DNA from: an uncultured archaeon
Lineage (GTDB): Archaea; Asgardarchaeota; Lokiarchaeia; Sigyniarchaeales; SOKP01
Direction: 5' to 3'
Length of the DNA stretch: 64,000 bases
Assembly (NCBI GenBank): GCA_964508365.1
Contig: CAZDTP010000001.1
Coordinates: 64,001 to 128,000 of the forward strand
Part shown: positions 18,072 through 26,675 of the stretch, piece after piece
How the letters are laid out: every line of letters starts with the position of its first letter
Position numbering within the stretch: position 1 is the first letter of the stretch
The notes under the pieces: generated by a model
What the model was told of the DNA's origin: nothing
The model's database searches: none
The model's input: only the letters and a program-made list of their open reading frames with translations
Position numbers and translations under genes: made by a program

Positions 18072-18719
18072 TTATCTCCAGAAATGAAAAAATTCTGAAA
18101 AGATTGGACCTATCCAAAAGTAAAACTCAACCCAATAGATATAAGTCAATCCAAGAAACAGTAAAGCGTAGAGAAACCCAAATATAAATCCAAATATAAT
18201 ATCAGTAGGGAAGTGTACTCCTAAAATCACCCGGGATATTCCCATAATTATATCTAAACTAAAGAATATGAAAAAAATTGGCCAATTATTAAAGTAATAA
18301 GCAAGGAGAATTCCAAAAAGCAGAAAGAAAGTCACATGCCCCGAAGGAAACGATTTTTCCTCTGAATCTGGCATTAAATATGGAATTCGTAAGAATAAAT
18401 CATGCCTCTTAACTCCTTCTTTTTTAAGTTTGATGTAAGGTCTATTCCTTCTAACTAAACCATATCTAATAATTACCTGAAGAATTAAAGATTGTTCAAA
18501 TCCAGAGACAAATAGAACAAGAAGATAATAATCTTTTGTAACATATCCATAGAAGAACCATACGATAATGATAATACTCCAGAAATATAATGATCCTAAA
18601 AAGCTGAAAATTTTCGCAAATTGTTTTGTTCTTTTAGAAAAATCACTCTTATATAAGCATAGGAAAGCTCGGTGATCCCATTGCTCTATTTTATTTAAGT
18701 AATCAGATAATATCGACAT
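18072..18719 (-). CDS. PAP2 family membrane phosphatase
   Basis: RRNRP, SFPSGH and SRVILGVHFPTD motifs. Confidence 0.92.
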   Translation of the reverse strand: MSILSDYLNKIEQWDHRAFLCLYKSDFSKRTKQFAKIFSFLGSLYFWSIIIIVWFFYGYVTKDYYLLVLFVSGFEQSLILQVIIRYGLVRRNRPYIKLKKEGVKRHDLFLRIPYLMPDSEEKSFPSGHVTFFLLFGILLAYYFNNWPIFFIFFSLDIIMGISRVILGVHFPTDIIFGFIFGFLYALLFLGLTYIYWVEFYFWIGPIFSEFFHFWR

Positions 18720-18939
18720 TTTCGCTATTAGGTAATGAATTGAGATTTAGTGTTTTTTCGAGTATTAAAAGATTTCCCAACGAAAAACCAGTTTAATATG
18801 GTTAATAATATGTTTAAGTAGTAGGTAGAGTTGACACATGCTATGTAGAAACAACAAGTTTAAATAAAATAGTAATTATTTATTATACAAATATCTAAAA
18901 TTAACTTGCTATAATTATAAAATATAATAGAGAAGCATT

Positions 18940-19488
18940 ATGATGGAAAATTATAACGGATTCTCAGAAGAAAATTTAAGAGAAATTGCTAAAAAAAAAG
19001 TTGTCTTTAGATTTTCTGTTAGATTACACATTAGTATCTTTCTGATTGCGAATTTATTATTATATTTTATAAATTATTTGACTTTACCATATTATTACTG
19101 GATTATCTATCCATTTTTTGGCTGGTTAATTGGTGTGGCTGAACATATAACTGCATATCTAATTTATGCAAAGGGAATTTACCCAAACATTAAAAGAGGC
19201 GTGATCTTTCATATTGTCGCTTACATTTTTGTGAATTTGCTTTTAACCATTATTTTTTATTATAATGAACTTTACTATCCTAACTTTATATTGCATATAG
19301 AAGTCATCAATCCATATCAATGGCCTATGTTTCCGTTAGTGTTTTGGGGTGCTGGTTTATTAATACATATTGCAGTTTATTTGATTTTCTTTAGAAGTAA
19401 AGTTTACAATGAAGGAATAAGACAAACGAAACGAGAAAAGGCAATTGAAAGAGAGATAGAAAAAATGAAATCTAAATTTAAAAAATAG
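18940..19488 (+). CDS. Tandem 2TM-domain membrane protein
   Basis: Two repeats of the H...Y/F...N.LL...W..YP..GWG...H pattern and a KAIEREIEKM tail. Confidence 0.75.
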   Translation: MMENYNGFSEENLREIAKKKVVFRFSVRLHISIFLIANLLLYFINYLTLPYYYWIIYPFFGWLIGVAEHITAYLIYAKGIYPNIKRGVIFHIVAYIFVNLLLTIIFYYNELYYPNFILHIEVINPYQWPMFPLVFWGAGLLIHIAVYLIFFRSKVYNEGIRQTKREKAIEREIEKMKSKFKK

Positions 19489-19510
19489 GTTCCTCGAGGA
19501 TTAAAATAGA

Positions 19511-20143
19511 ATGTGGTTAGGAAAATTTTTGGATCTGGAGGAAGATATAAAAGCTGTAAGATCCAAAATACAACAAGAACTATTTCAAGGAATTAAGAAA
19601 TATAAATTGACACCCCTTGAGTTTACGATACTAGAAACTACTTTTAATTGTAAGGAATTAGCTGGTTATGATTTAATATTAAATTTAAATAAACATTTTG
19701 AAGGAACATGGGAAGCACAGTCAGGAACAATATATCCTATCCTTTCTAAACTGAAAAGAGACGGTTTTCTTAACTCTCGACCCGTTAAAAGCCCTATAGG
19801 TCCAATTCGTAAAGTTTATTCATTAACAGAAGCAGGAGAACAGATATTAAAAACAAAAGTTAATAAACATTTTGAAGACCAGCTTAAATTTATGGGTAAT
19901 TTTCTTATTGAATTATCCTCGATTTATATTCAGTCTCATCCTAAGGAGGAAGAGGAAGATAAAATTAACGAAGTCCAAAACTTAATCAAAAAAATCTTAG
20001 AAACCGTAGTAGAGAAAATTCCTTCAATTCTAAAATACAAGAGGAAATGTGAACAATGTGGTTCTGAGATGGAGCGAATTGCGTCGTTTTGTTCATTTTG
20101 CGGAGCCACTTTGCTTATAGAAACAGAAGAAAAGAAAACATAA
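19511..20143 (+). CDS. PadR family transcriptional regulator with C-terminal zinc ribbon
   Basis: AGYDLI, SGTIYPILSKLKRDG and RKVYSLTEAG, plus CEQC...CSFC. Confidence 0.88.
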   Translation: MWLGKFLDLEEDIKAVRSKIQQELFQGIKKYKLTPLEFTILETTFNCKELAGYDLILNLNKHFEGTWEAQSGTIYPILSKLKRDGFLNSRPVKSPIGPIRKVYSLTEAGEQILKTKVNKHFEDQLKFMGNFLIELSSIYIQSHPKEEEEDKINEVQNLIKKILETVVEKIPSILKYKRKCEQCGSEMERIASFCSFCGATLLIETEEKKT

Positions 20144-20265
20144 CTCTCTTATTGAAATTTCTTCTTTTAATACTAATGCAATTATTTATTAGAAAAAATT
20201 AACTTTTTATTTTTTATTTAATTTCAAAAAAAGAAAGTAGAATAATAGAGTTCAGGCTATTACAA

Positions 20266-21570
20266 TTATTCAATTTCAATATTTAGTTTTTTGAAAATTT
20301 TATCAATCGTATCGCTAGCTATACTTTTCAAAATATCTTCTAAAGGAGCTAAAACTTCATCTCTTTGTGTTGTTCTATTGTTGCTAATTCTTCCCTCTGT
20401 AACCTCAATACCACTTTGCGCCCACGAGTCAAGATCATTAAACGTAAACCAAATATCTCGATAAGCACCCTCGGTGCCTCCATTTCGAGCTAACGGTTTT
20501 TCTATGATTGGAATTTCTGGATCCTGTAGATAGCACCAATCTAGTATTATCCACTCTAAATTTCGTTCTGAATCAGGGCGATCCGCTAAATAAATGCAAT
20601 ACGCGTGACCTCCTAATTCTGTGTCTGATGGTGCAAAGATAGGGTCTGCCATAACTTGGGCAGCACATACTTTTACTCTCCACGAAGGTATCCCTGCATT
20701 AATTAATAAGCTTGCAATTAAGATCGCTCCATCCTCACAATCACCAATCTCGGATTGAATAGCTTCAAAGGGAAATAACCAGAATTCAGGGCATTCTGAT
20801 GTGACATCGTCATATGTATACTTAAGAAAATTGCATACAAAATTTTGGATTGCTAACGCTGTGTCGTTGGGAGTGTCTTTTCTTAAATCGAGATGATTTA
20901 AGACATGCCATAGAATAGCATCGTTTTTCTTTATAAATGCTTTTACATCTACATCAATTTGTTTGTTATAGGATTCCCCCCTTAACGCTCGTCCAGTATA
21001 GATGATGGGGGCAGTGTCCCATTTATCATTCCAATAATCAGGTCCATATTCTCCATAATCTTTTTCAAATTGTTCAAACGGTTTGTAATTAGGAGTGATT
21101 GGTATTGTCGAATCTGGAGTCTCTTTAGTTGGTTGCTCTTTCTTAGGTATTGGCTTCTTTTTAACCTCTTCCCCTTTTTTAGGTACCTCTGCTAATCTTT
21201 TTGCTTCAGCAACCCAGTTTTCGATAGTTTTTATTGTAGGTACTTTTGTTAGGATTTTTGAATTTTCATTTTTTAATTGTTTTAACTTTTCAACAGTTGT
21301 TTTTGGATTTCGGTATGCGAATTCTTTAACAGAATCAATTCCAATAATATTTATTGCATTCGCTAGTTCCGGAGTAATCCCTACAATTCGCATTAAATCA
21401 GCATGTTCTTGCCATGTATCAAGGGTTTTCACAGCAACTCCTATGCTTCTCGCCAATTGTTTAATCTGATAGTAACTAAGAGAAAGTAGGTGTTCGACCT
21501 CCTTTATGCCGGCTTTCTCTAAAAGTTTGGCGTGTTTTGCTTCTAAACCAATAATTTCAATTAATTTCAT
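20266..21570 (-). CDS. DUF4332 (HhH repeats) fused to a transglutaminase-like cysteine protease domain
   Basis: N-terminal DUF4332 pattern (WQEHADLMRIVGI), Pro/Lys-rich linker, GDCEDGAIL, GGHAYC and ILDWC. ATG at 21570 preferred over the track start at 21699. Confidence 0.75.
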   Translation of the reverse strand: MKLIEIIGLEAKHAKLLEKAGIKEVEHLLSLSYYQIKQLARSIGVAVKTLDTWQEHADLMRIVGITPELANAINIIGIDSVKEFAYRNPKTTVEKLKQLKNENSKILTKVPTIKTIENWVAEAKRLAEVPKKGEEVKKKPIPKKEQPTKETPDSTIPITPNYKPFEQFEKDYGEYGPDYWNDKWDTAPIIYTGRALRGESYNKQIDVDVKAFIKKNDAILWHVLNHLDLRKDTPNDTALAIQNFVCNFLKYTYDDVTSECPEFWLFPFEAIQSEIGDCEDGAILIASLLINAGIPSWRVKVCAAQVMADPIFAPSDTELGGHAYCIYLADRPDSERNLEWIILDWCYLQDPEIPIIEKPLARNGGTEGAYRDIWFTFNDLDSWAQSGIEVTEGRISNNRTTQRDEVLAPLEDILKSIASDTIDKIFKKLNIEIE

Positions 21571-21668
21571 TTCAATCCCTATTAAATATATTAATATTAA
21601 ATAAGAAATAATGAAAACATGAATTTTATTCTTTTCAGTGACCAAAATTTTTGGAGGAATATTATAAT

Positions 21669-21689
21669 AGAAAAGAAAGTGGCGGGAGG
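21669..21689. repeat. Direct-repeat copy of the tRNA-Leu 3' end and trailer (att-like site)
   Basis: AGTGGCGGGAGG at 21678-21689 is identical to 22677-22688. The imperfect match extends to agaaaag (21669 versus 22669). Confidence 0.8.
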
Positions 21690-22688
21690 CATGTCTCAAG
21701 GTGAAGATTTTTTTATTGACTAAATAAATAAATTTTAAGCCTCTAAGAGTTTTTCAACTAAATTGAAATCATTTTATGTAAAAGACATGAATTTGATAAA
21801 GGAACCAACTTGAATTCTAAATCAATCAGTTTTCATCCAAATATTAATGAGCTCTATTTTCAAAGAATAGATAACAAAGAAAAAGCATATTGGTTTGGCT
21901 TTTTACATGCAGATGGTTATTTAGACAGAGTGTCTAAAAATGTATTAAGATTAGGTATCGAAATTCATCAAAAAGATGAAATCTTAATAAACAGATTTTG
22001 TGAAACCCTTGGAATTGATTTTAAATACAAATCCTATAGAGAAAGAATTTGTCTTGGAAAAATCTTAAAAACAGTCTCTATTAGATTTATAAATAAACCA
22101 ATAATTAATGATTTAATAAAACATGGGTTCAAAAGGAATAAAGCAAAGATAATATCTTTTCCAAATTTAAAGACTAAAGAGATTAAGCTTGCATTTTTGT
22201 TAGGCTTTTATGATGGCGATGGAAGTCCAAAACCCCCAAGGATTTATTCAGGAAGTAAGAATTTTTTAGAACAGGTAAGGAGTGAATTTAATTTGAATTT
22301 TCAAGTTTTTGAAAAACTAGGGATAGGAAGATCATATTATATGAATTTGGGTAAAAATCTATACCTTAAAATGTTAAAAAATTATAAAGTTAGCTTACCT
22401 CGTAAAAGAATTGAATCACAATTCATATCTTACAAGGAAAAGATTGAACGTATAAAAGAGAATGCATGGCATGGGGGTAATAGAAGAAAATTAATGATTT
22501 CTGAAGATAAATTAAAAAAATTAGTATGGGAAATGCCTCTTTATGAAGTTGGTCAGAAATGTAATGTATCTGGAAATACTATTAAGAAGTATTGTATTAA
22601 ATGGGGAATAAACCTACCTCCTCGTGGTTATTGGGTAAAGGAATATAAAAGATCTTAAGGAGTAAAAAAGAAAAGGAGTGGCGGGAGG
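21678..22688. mobile_element. Putative ~1 kb tRNA-linked homing endonuclease element or integrated-element remnant
   Basis: A single LAGLIDADG ORF lies between two copies of the tRNA-Leu 3' end. No integrase is present. Confidence 0.55.
21810..22658 (+). CDS. Free-standing double-motif LAGLIDADG homing endonuclease with C-terminal HTH
   Basis: AYWFGFLHADG and LAFLLGFYDGDG motifs; C-terminal LKKLVWEMPLYEVGQKCNVSGNTIKKYC...LPPRGYW. Confidence 0.85.
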   Translation: MNSKSISFHPNINELYFQRIDNKEKAYWFGFLHADGYLDRVSKNVLRLGIEIHQKDEILINRFCETLGIDFKYKSYRERICLGKILKTVSIRFINKPIINDLIKHGFKRNKAKIISFPNLKTKEIKLAFLLGFYDGDGSPKPPRIYSGSKNFLEQVRSEFNLNFQVFEKLGIGRSYYMNLGKNLYLKMLKNYKVSLPRKRIESQFISYKEKIERIKENAWHGGNRRKLMISEDKLKKLVWEMPLYEVGQKCNVSGNTIKKYCIKWGINLPPRGYWVKEYKRS

Positions 22689-22830
22689 GAGAATTCCAAT
22701 ATTAGGGATTTCCCTAATAACTTCGAACTCCCGAAGGCCTTTGCCACTGGATCTTAAGTCCAGCACCTCTAATCGGTCTTGACCCTTCTTCTAAACCAAA
22801 AGACCTTTGACCAGACTCGGTAATCCCGCC
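22679..22830 (-). tRNA. tRNA-Leu(TAA) with two non-canonical introns (22769-22806, 38 nt, position 21/22; 22693-22721, 29 nt, position 59/60)
   Basis: The spliced 85-nt sequence folds with acceptor GGCGGGA/TCCCGCC+A, D stem ACC/GGT, anticodon arm CTGGA-CTTAAGA-TCCAG, a long variable arm and T arm GGGAG-TTCGAAT-CTCCC. Both introns form BHB-like junctions. CCA is not encoded. Confidence 0.93.
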
Positions 22831-23145
22831 AAATTTTTATATGTTGATATAACTTAAATTAGAAAATTAAGGTATTTTTTATTAAATCTAATAGGTTTTA
22901 AGTGTACTATTGAGAAATTTTAGTTTTAATTTAAATTTTTACCTTAGCTATAAGGCTTCTAAATATCCTTTGCTTACTCTTTAATATCTACATATTAAAT
23001 CAATTTTATAATTAGTAAGGAACATTTAATGAATGAACAAGTTACCTTCTAAAATTAAAAATAAAAATAAATAAATAATAACAAGGTATTAAATTTATAA
23101 TAACACAAAATAAGTAAATTAATATTCTTCTTCGAGGTTTATGTT

Positions 23146-23523
23146 TTGCCTGTTGGAATTCTTATAATTCGGTGGGATAATGAAATTGGTCCGATAAACG
23201 AAGGTTTTTATCCAGAAAACCTAAAAATAACAAATAACTTGCTTACACAAGTGTATTCTTCACATCGGTATCAAAGCTTAAAGCCAGGGTTCGCATCGAT
23301 AAGCTTAAAGAACAATAAAGTCGTTTCATTTTTTTCAGGAGTAGGCGACGACCATATTAGCGTTGAAAATTATGTCGTTGCGTTATTATTACGAAGGGAT
23401 GAAAAACCCAGCAAGTATCGAGAAATTTTAAAAACAATAGCTTCTGAAATACTCGACCAAACTCAAGATAGTAAATTTTTAAAGCTTCTCCCTAACCTCT
23501 ATAAAGATTTAGCTAAAATTTAG
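23146..23523 (+). CDS. Small longin/uDENN-like domain protein
   Basis: N-terminal ILIIRWDNEIGPINEGFYP beta-hairpin pattern and beta-beta-alpha layout; TTG start after a GAGGT site. Confidence 0.55.
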   Translation: MPVGILIIRWDNEIGPINEGFYPENLKITNNLLTQVYSSHRYQSLKPGFASISLKNNKVVSFFSGVGDDHISVENYVVALLLRRDEKPSKYREILKTIASEILDQTQDSKFLKLLPNLYKDLAKI

Positions 23524-23567
23524 AATATTTAAAAAAGTTCCAAGAATAAGGTATAAATTAATTCAAG

Positions 23568-24605
23568 TTAAGCTTCTTCTTGTTTTTTTACAACAATTTT
23601 TCCTGTTTCGTTTATTTCAAACAAATCAACGTCTTGTAAATTCTGAACAATCTTTTTGACATGTACAATGGGAGAACCAAGAGCGTTTCGTAAATCATCT
23701 ATAGCCATTGATCCAACTTGTTCTACAATCAAAAAAGCTTTAAATTGAGCTTCGTGTTCCATTAAAGCTGTTAATTTATCGTAATAATTAATCTTTTTTT
23801 GGTTTTTTTTCTTAAACTCCTTGAGATCTTTCATCGCATAATTCGCATCTCTTAAAGCTTCGTCTGCTTCTCGCCTTTTTTCTAAAGCGTCTTCTAACTT
23901 ATTTATCAGTTCTTCTTGTCTCTCACGAATTTCCGAAAATCTAGACTTTACATCTTTAGCTTCTGAGGTTGCTTCAGTTGATACTAATTTACTATCTAAA
24001 AGAAAAGTATCTAAATCTGATATTTTGCTTATAAGTTCATTTTTTTCTTCAATATGATCAGTTCTAAGTTTTTCGATTTCTTTTTTCCACTTTTGATCCA
24101 TATCAGTTAATAATTTTACTTGTTCTGCTTGTAATTTATCAGCGAACGCTTGAAGTTCTTTTATTTTATTTTCTGAAGATTTAAGGATACTATTTTTTAG
24201 AATTAATTCAGATTTCTTTTCTGCTAATTCTGCTTTAAGGTTCCCAATTTCTTCAAAACTCTCATCCAATCGTTTCTCAGCGGGTATGTTTTGTCTTTGC
24301 ATAAATTCTAATTCTTTCTTTGTTGCAAGAACTTCACCTTTCGCAAGATCATATTCTTTTTCTCTCTCGTTAAGTAATGCTCTTTGAGTTCCTATTAACT
24401 CTTTTAATTCCAGTACGTCTTCTGGAACATCATACATTCTTGCGATATTTACTTTCTGTTCTTCGATAACATCATCTTGACTCTGTATAACTCTTTTTTG
24501 CTTCTCTAGCAATTCCTGTAATCTGTCAATCTTAGACTGAAGAACTGCTGTTTCTTTTTCGCTTGATTCGATTCCATCTATCGCATTTTTAAGATCATCA
24601 GGCAT
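23568..24605 (-). CDS. Long coiled-coil protein with putative C-terminal winged-helix domain
   Basis: About 280 aa of heptad-rich E/K/L sequence, followed by a ~55-aa wHTH-like tail. Confidence 0.7.
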   Translation of the reverse strand: MPDDLKNAIDGIESSEKETAVLQSKIDRLQELLEKQKRVIQSQDDVIEEQKVNIARMYDVPEDVLELKELIGTQRALLNEREKEYDLAKGEVLATKKELEFMQRQNIPAEKRLDESFEEIGNLKAELAEKKSELILKNSILKSSENKIKELQAFADKLQAEQVKLLTDMDQKWKKEIEKLRTDHIEEKNELISKISDLDTFLLDSKLVSTEATSEAKDVKSRFSEIRERQEELINKLEDALEKRREADEALRDANYAMKDLKEFKKKNQKKINYYDKLTALMEHEAQFKAFLIVEQVGSMAIDDLRNALGSPIVHVKKIVQNLQDVDLFEINETGKIVVKKQEEA

Positions 24606-24873
24606 GGTTTACTTCCTTATATTTTTAATTAAAACTATTATAACTTCTTCTAATATTTAATACATATATTTATGTTATAACCATTAATACCAATTCTTGT
24701 TATTATTGAGATAATAGATTCAATTTATATACTTTTCGAAGTAGAGGTTATTTGAAATTCCCGTTTATTATTTTAAACCAGAAGTTATTGATCCATATAT
24801 ATTTATTCTTTATGACTATAAGAAGACTCAAAATATTATAAATCTGAGAAAGATCGTTTTTTTTAAAGACGAA

Positions 24874-25335
24874 TTGGATATTTTAAAGCATGTGAAGAAT
24901 AAAAAACTAAAACTGGCTGATAATAATGATCAAAAAGTATTTTCCATTTTACTGGAAATGCAAAATATTATCAACGCATACTTAAAAGATGGTAAAACAA
25001 ATTTATTTAATGCTTTAAAAGAAATGGGTATATTGTTTGATCTTGATGATACCTTCAATACTCCATTTTCTGAAAGTGTTTTAAAAGCTCTTCTTAAAAT
25101 TAAACCGGGTGAGATAACTACTTATTCAGACTTAGCAAAAAGAATTAATTCAAAAGCTTATCGAGCTGTAGGAGGCGTTCTTAGGAATAATCCTTTACCT
25201 TTAATAATACCTTGCCATCGAGTAATAAAAAAAGATGGGAAGCTTGGTGGGTTTATGGGAAAAATGGAAGAACATTGGCAAACAAATCTAAAAAGGAGTT
25301 TATTAAAGGTAGAAGGTAATATCATTTCAGACTGA
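24874..25335 (+). CDS. ogt: Methylated-DNA--protein-cysteine methyltransferase
   Basis: GEITTYSDLA, RAVG and NPLPLIIPCHRV active-site motif. Frame is open upstream to 24745. Confidence 0.92.
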   Translation: MDILKHVKNKKLKLADNNDQKVFSILLEMQNIINAYLKDGKTNLFNALKEMGILFDLDDTFNTPFSESVLKALLKIKPGEITTYSDLAKRINSKAYRAVGGVLRNNPLPLIIPCHRVIKKDGKLGGFMGKMEEHWQTNLKRSLLKVEGNIISD

Positions 25336-25441
25336 ATTTACTTATTAATTAACTTCAAATCTCTACTTTAAGATTAAGTTCTTTGTAGTTATTTATACTA
25401 ACAGAAATTAATTTATAAGTTAATAACTTCTAAATCATATT

Positions 25442-26644
25442 ATGGTTAAAATATCTACTCTGCATCCCTATTGCCCAAATAACGCAATCGAATTTACTAC
25501 AAATCCTTATGATGTAATAGGAAAAGAAGAAGAGGAAGAATTAAAGAGGAACAAAAAGTCGCTCATTCATTTGATTTTACCTGATGGCGAAGGAGATGAA
25601 ATATATCATAATGCTTTATCAGCTTATGAGAGGTTTAAGGAGTCAAATATAATCGTCCGAGAAAAATATCCATGTATTTTTGTTTATCGTCAAGAATCTG
25701 CCGAGTTTAATCAAGAAGGTTTAATCATGGGAGTAGCTCTTGACGATTACGAAAAAGGTAATATCATCAAACACGAACACACTAGAGAGAAACCACTTAA
25801 GGATCGAACTAAGCTTATTGAGATTACTAATGTAGCCGCTGGCCTTGTTTGGACAGTTTTTCGTGCCGATATCGAGGTTAATAAATTAATTGCCCAAATT
25901 AAAAACGGGAAACCTAAATACGATTTCGAAAAATACAGATATCGTCATATTGTGTGGCAAGAAACAGATTCTACAATCATTAACAAGTTAGCTAGTTTAT
26001 TCAAGAATAAAAAGATTTATATTGCAGATGGGCACCATAGAGCAGCGAGCGCAGCAGAGTATCGTAAACATCAATTAAAAAATGGAAATAAAACCAAAAA
26101 GTTTGATGCGCCATGGCAATATTTACTGTCTTATGTGGCTTCAGACGATCAAATACAGATTTTGCCTTATAATCGCGTAATCAGGAAATTAAGGGATGAT
26201 GAGGATGACTTTATAGAAAAATTAGAAGAAAACTTTGAAGTTAGGAAAGTTAATAAAGCTTTCAATCCGGAAATGAAAAACAAAATTGCTGTTTGCATTA
26301 AAGGAAGGTGGTTTGAGTTGATTGCTAAAGATAAAACTTTCAACTCAAAGAGAGATAGTTTAGATGTAACCATCCTTCAAGATAAGGTTCTGGAGCCAAT
26401 TTTAGGAATTTTAAATGTACGTGCTGATGAAAACATCTTTTTTGTTGGTGGTATTCAAGATCCAACTATTATGGAAAAATACATTACAGATAAGAGAAAT
26501 GACATTTTCTTCAACCTTTTTCCCGTCGATATAAATGATCTAGAATCGATTGCTGATTCTGGGGAAGTAATGCCTCCTAAATCGACTTGGTTCGATCCTA
26601 AGCTTTTATCCGGTTTAGTACTACACGATTTAAGAGAAGAGTGA
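25442..26644 (+). CDS. DUF1015 family protein (ParB/Srx-like DGHHR motif)
   Basis: PYDVI, IIKHEHT, YIADGHHRAASA and MPPKSTWFDPKLLSGL motifs. Confidence 0.9.
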   Translation: MVKISTLHPYCPNNAIEFTTNPYDVIGKEEEEELKRNKKSLIHLILPDGEGDEIYHNALSAYERFKESNIIVREKYPCIFVYRQESAEFNQEGLIMGVALDDYEKGNIIKHEHTREKPLKDRTKLIEITNVAAGLVWTVFRADIEVNKLIAQIKNGKPKYDFEKYRYRHIVWQETDSTIINKLASLFKNKKIYIADGHHRAASAAEYRKHQLKNGNKTKKFDAPWQYLLSYVASDDQIQILPYNRVIRKLRDDEDDFIEKLEENFEVRKVNKAFNPEMKNKIAVCIKGRWFELIAKDKTFNSKRDSLDVTILQDKVLEPILGILNVRADENIFFVGGIQDPTIMEKYITDKRNDIFFNLFPVDINDLESIADSGEVMPPKSTWFDPKLLSGLVLHDLREE

Positions 26645-26675
26645 CCAAAAATCTATTAGTCAGGCGCTAAAAAGT

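Noticed and set aside
21571-21699. N-terminal extension of the DUF4332 ORF given in the track
   Set aside because: It is low-complexity AT-rich sequence running across the att-like repeat. The domain begins at the ATG at 21570.
21690-21720. Possible second, decayed tRNA copy adjoining the repeat
   Set aside because: Sequence beyond the 12-bp match shows no T-arm or other tRNA similarity, so only the 3' end is duplicated.
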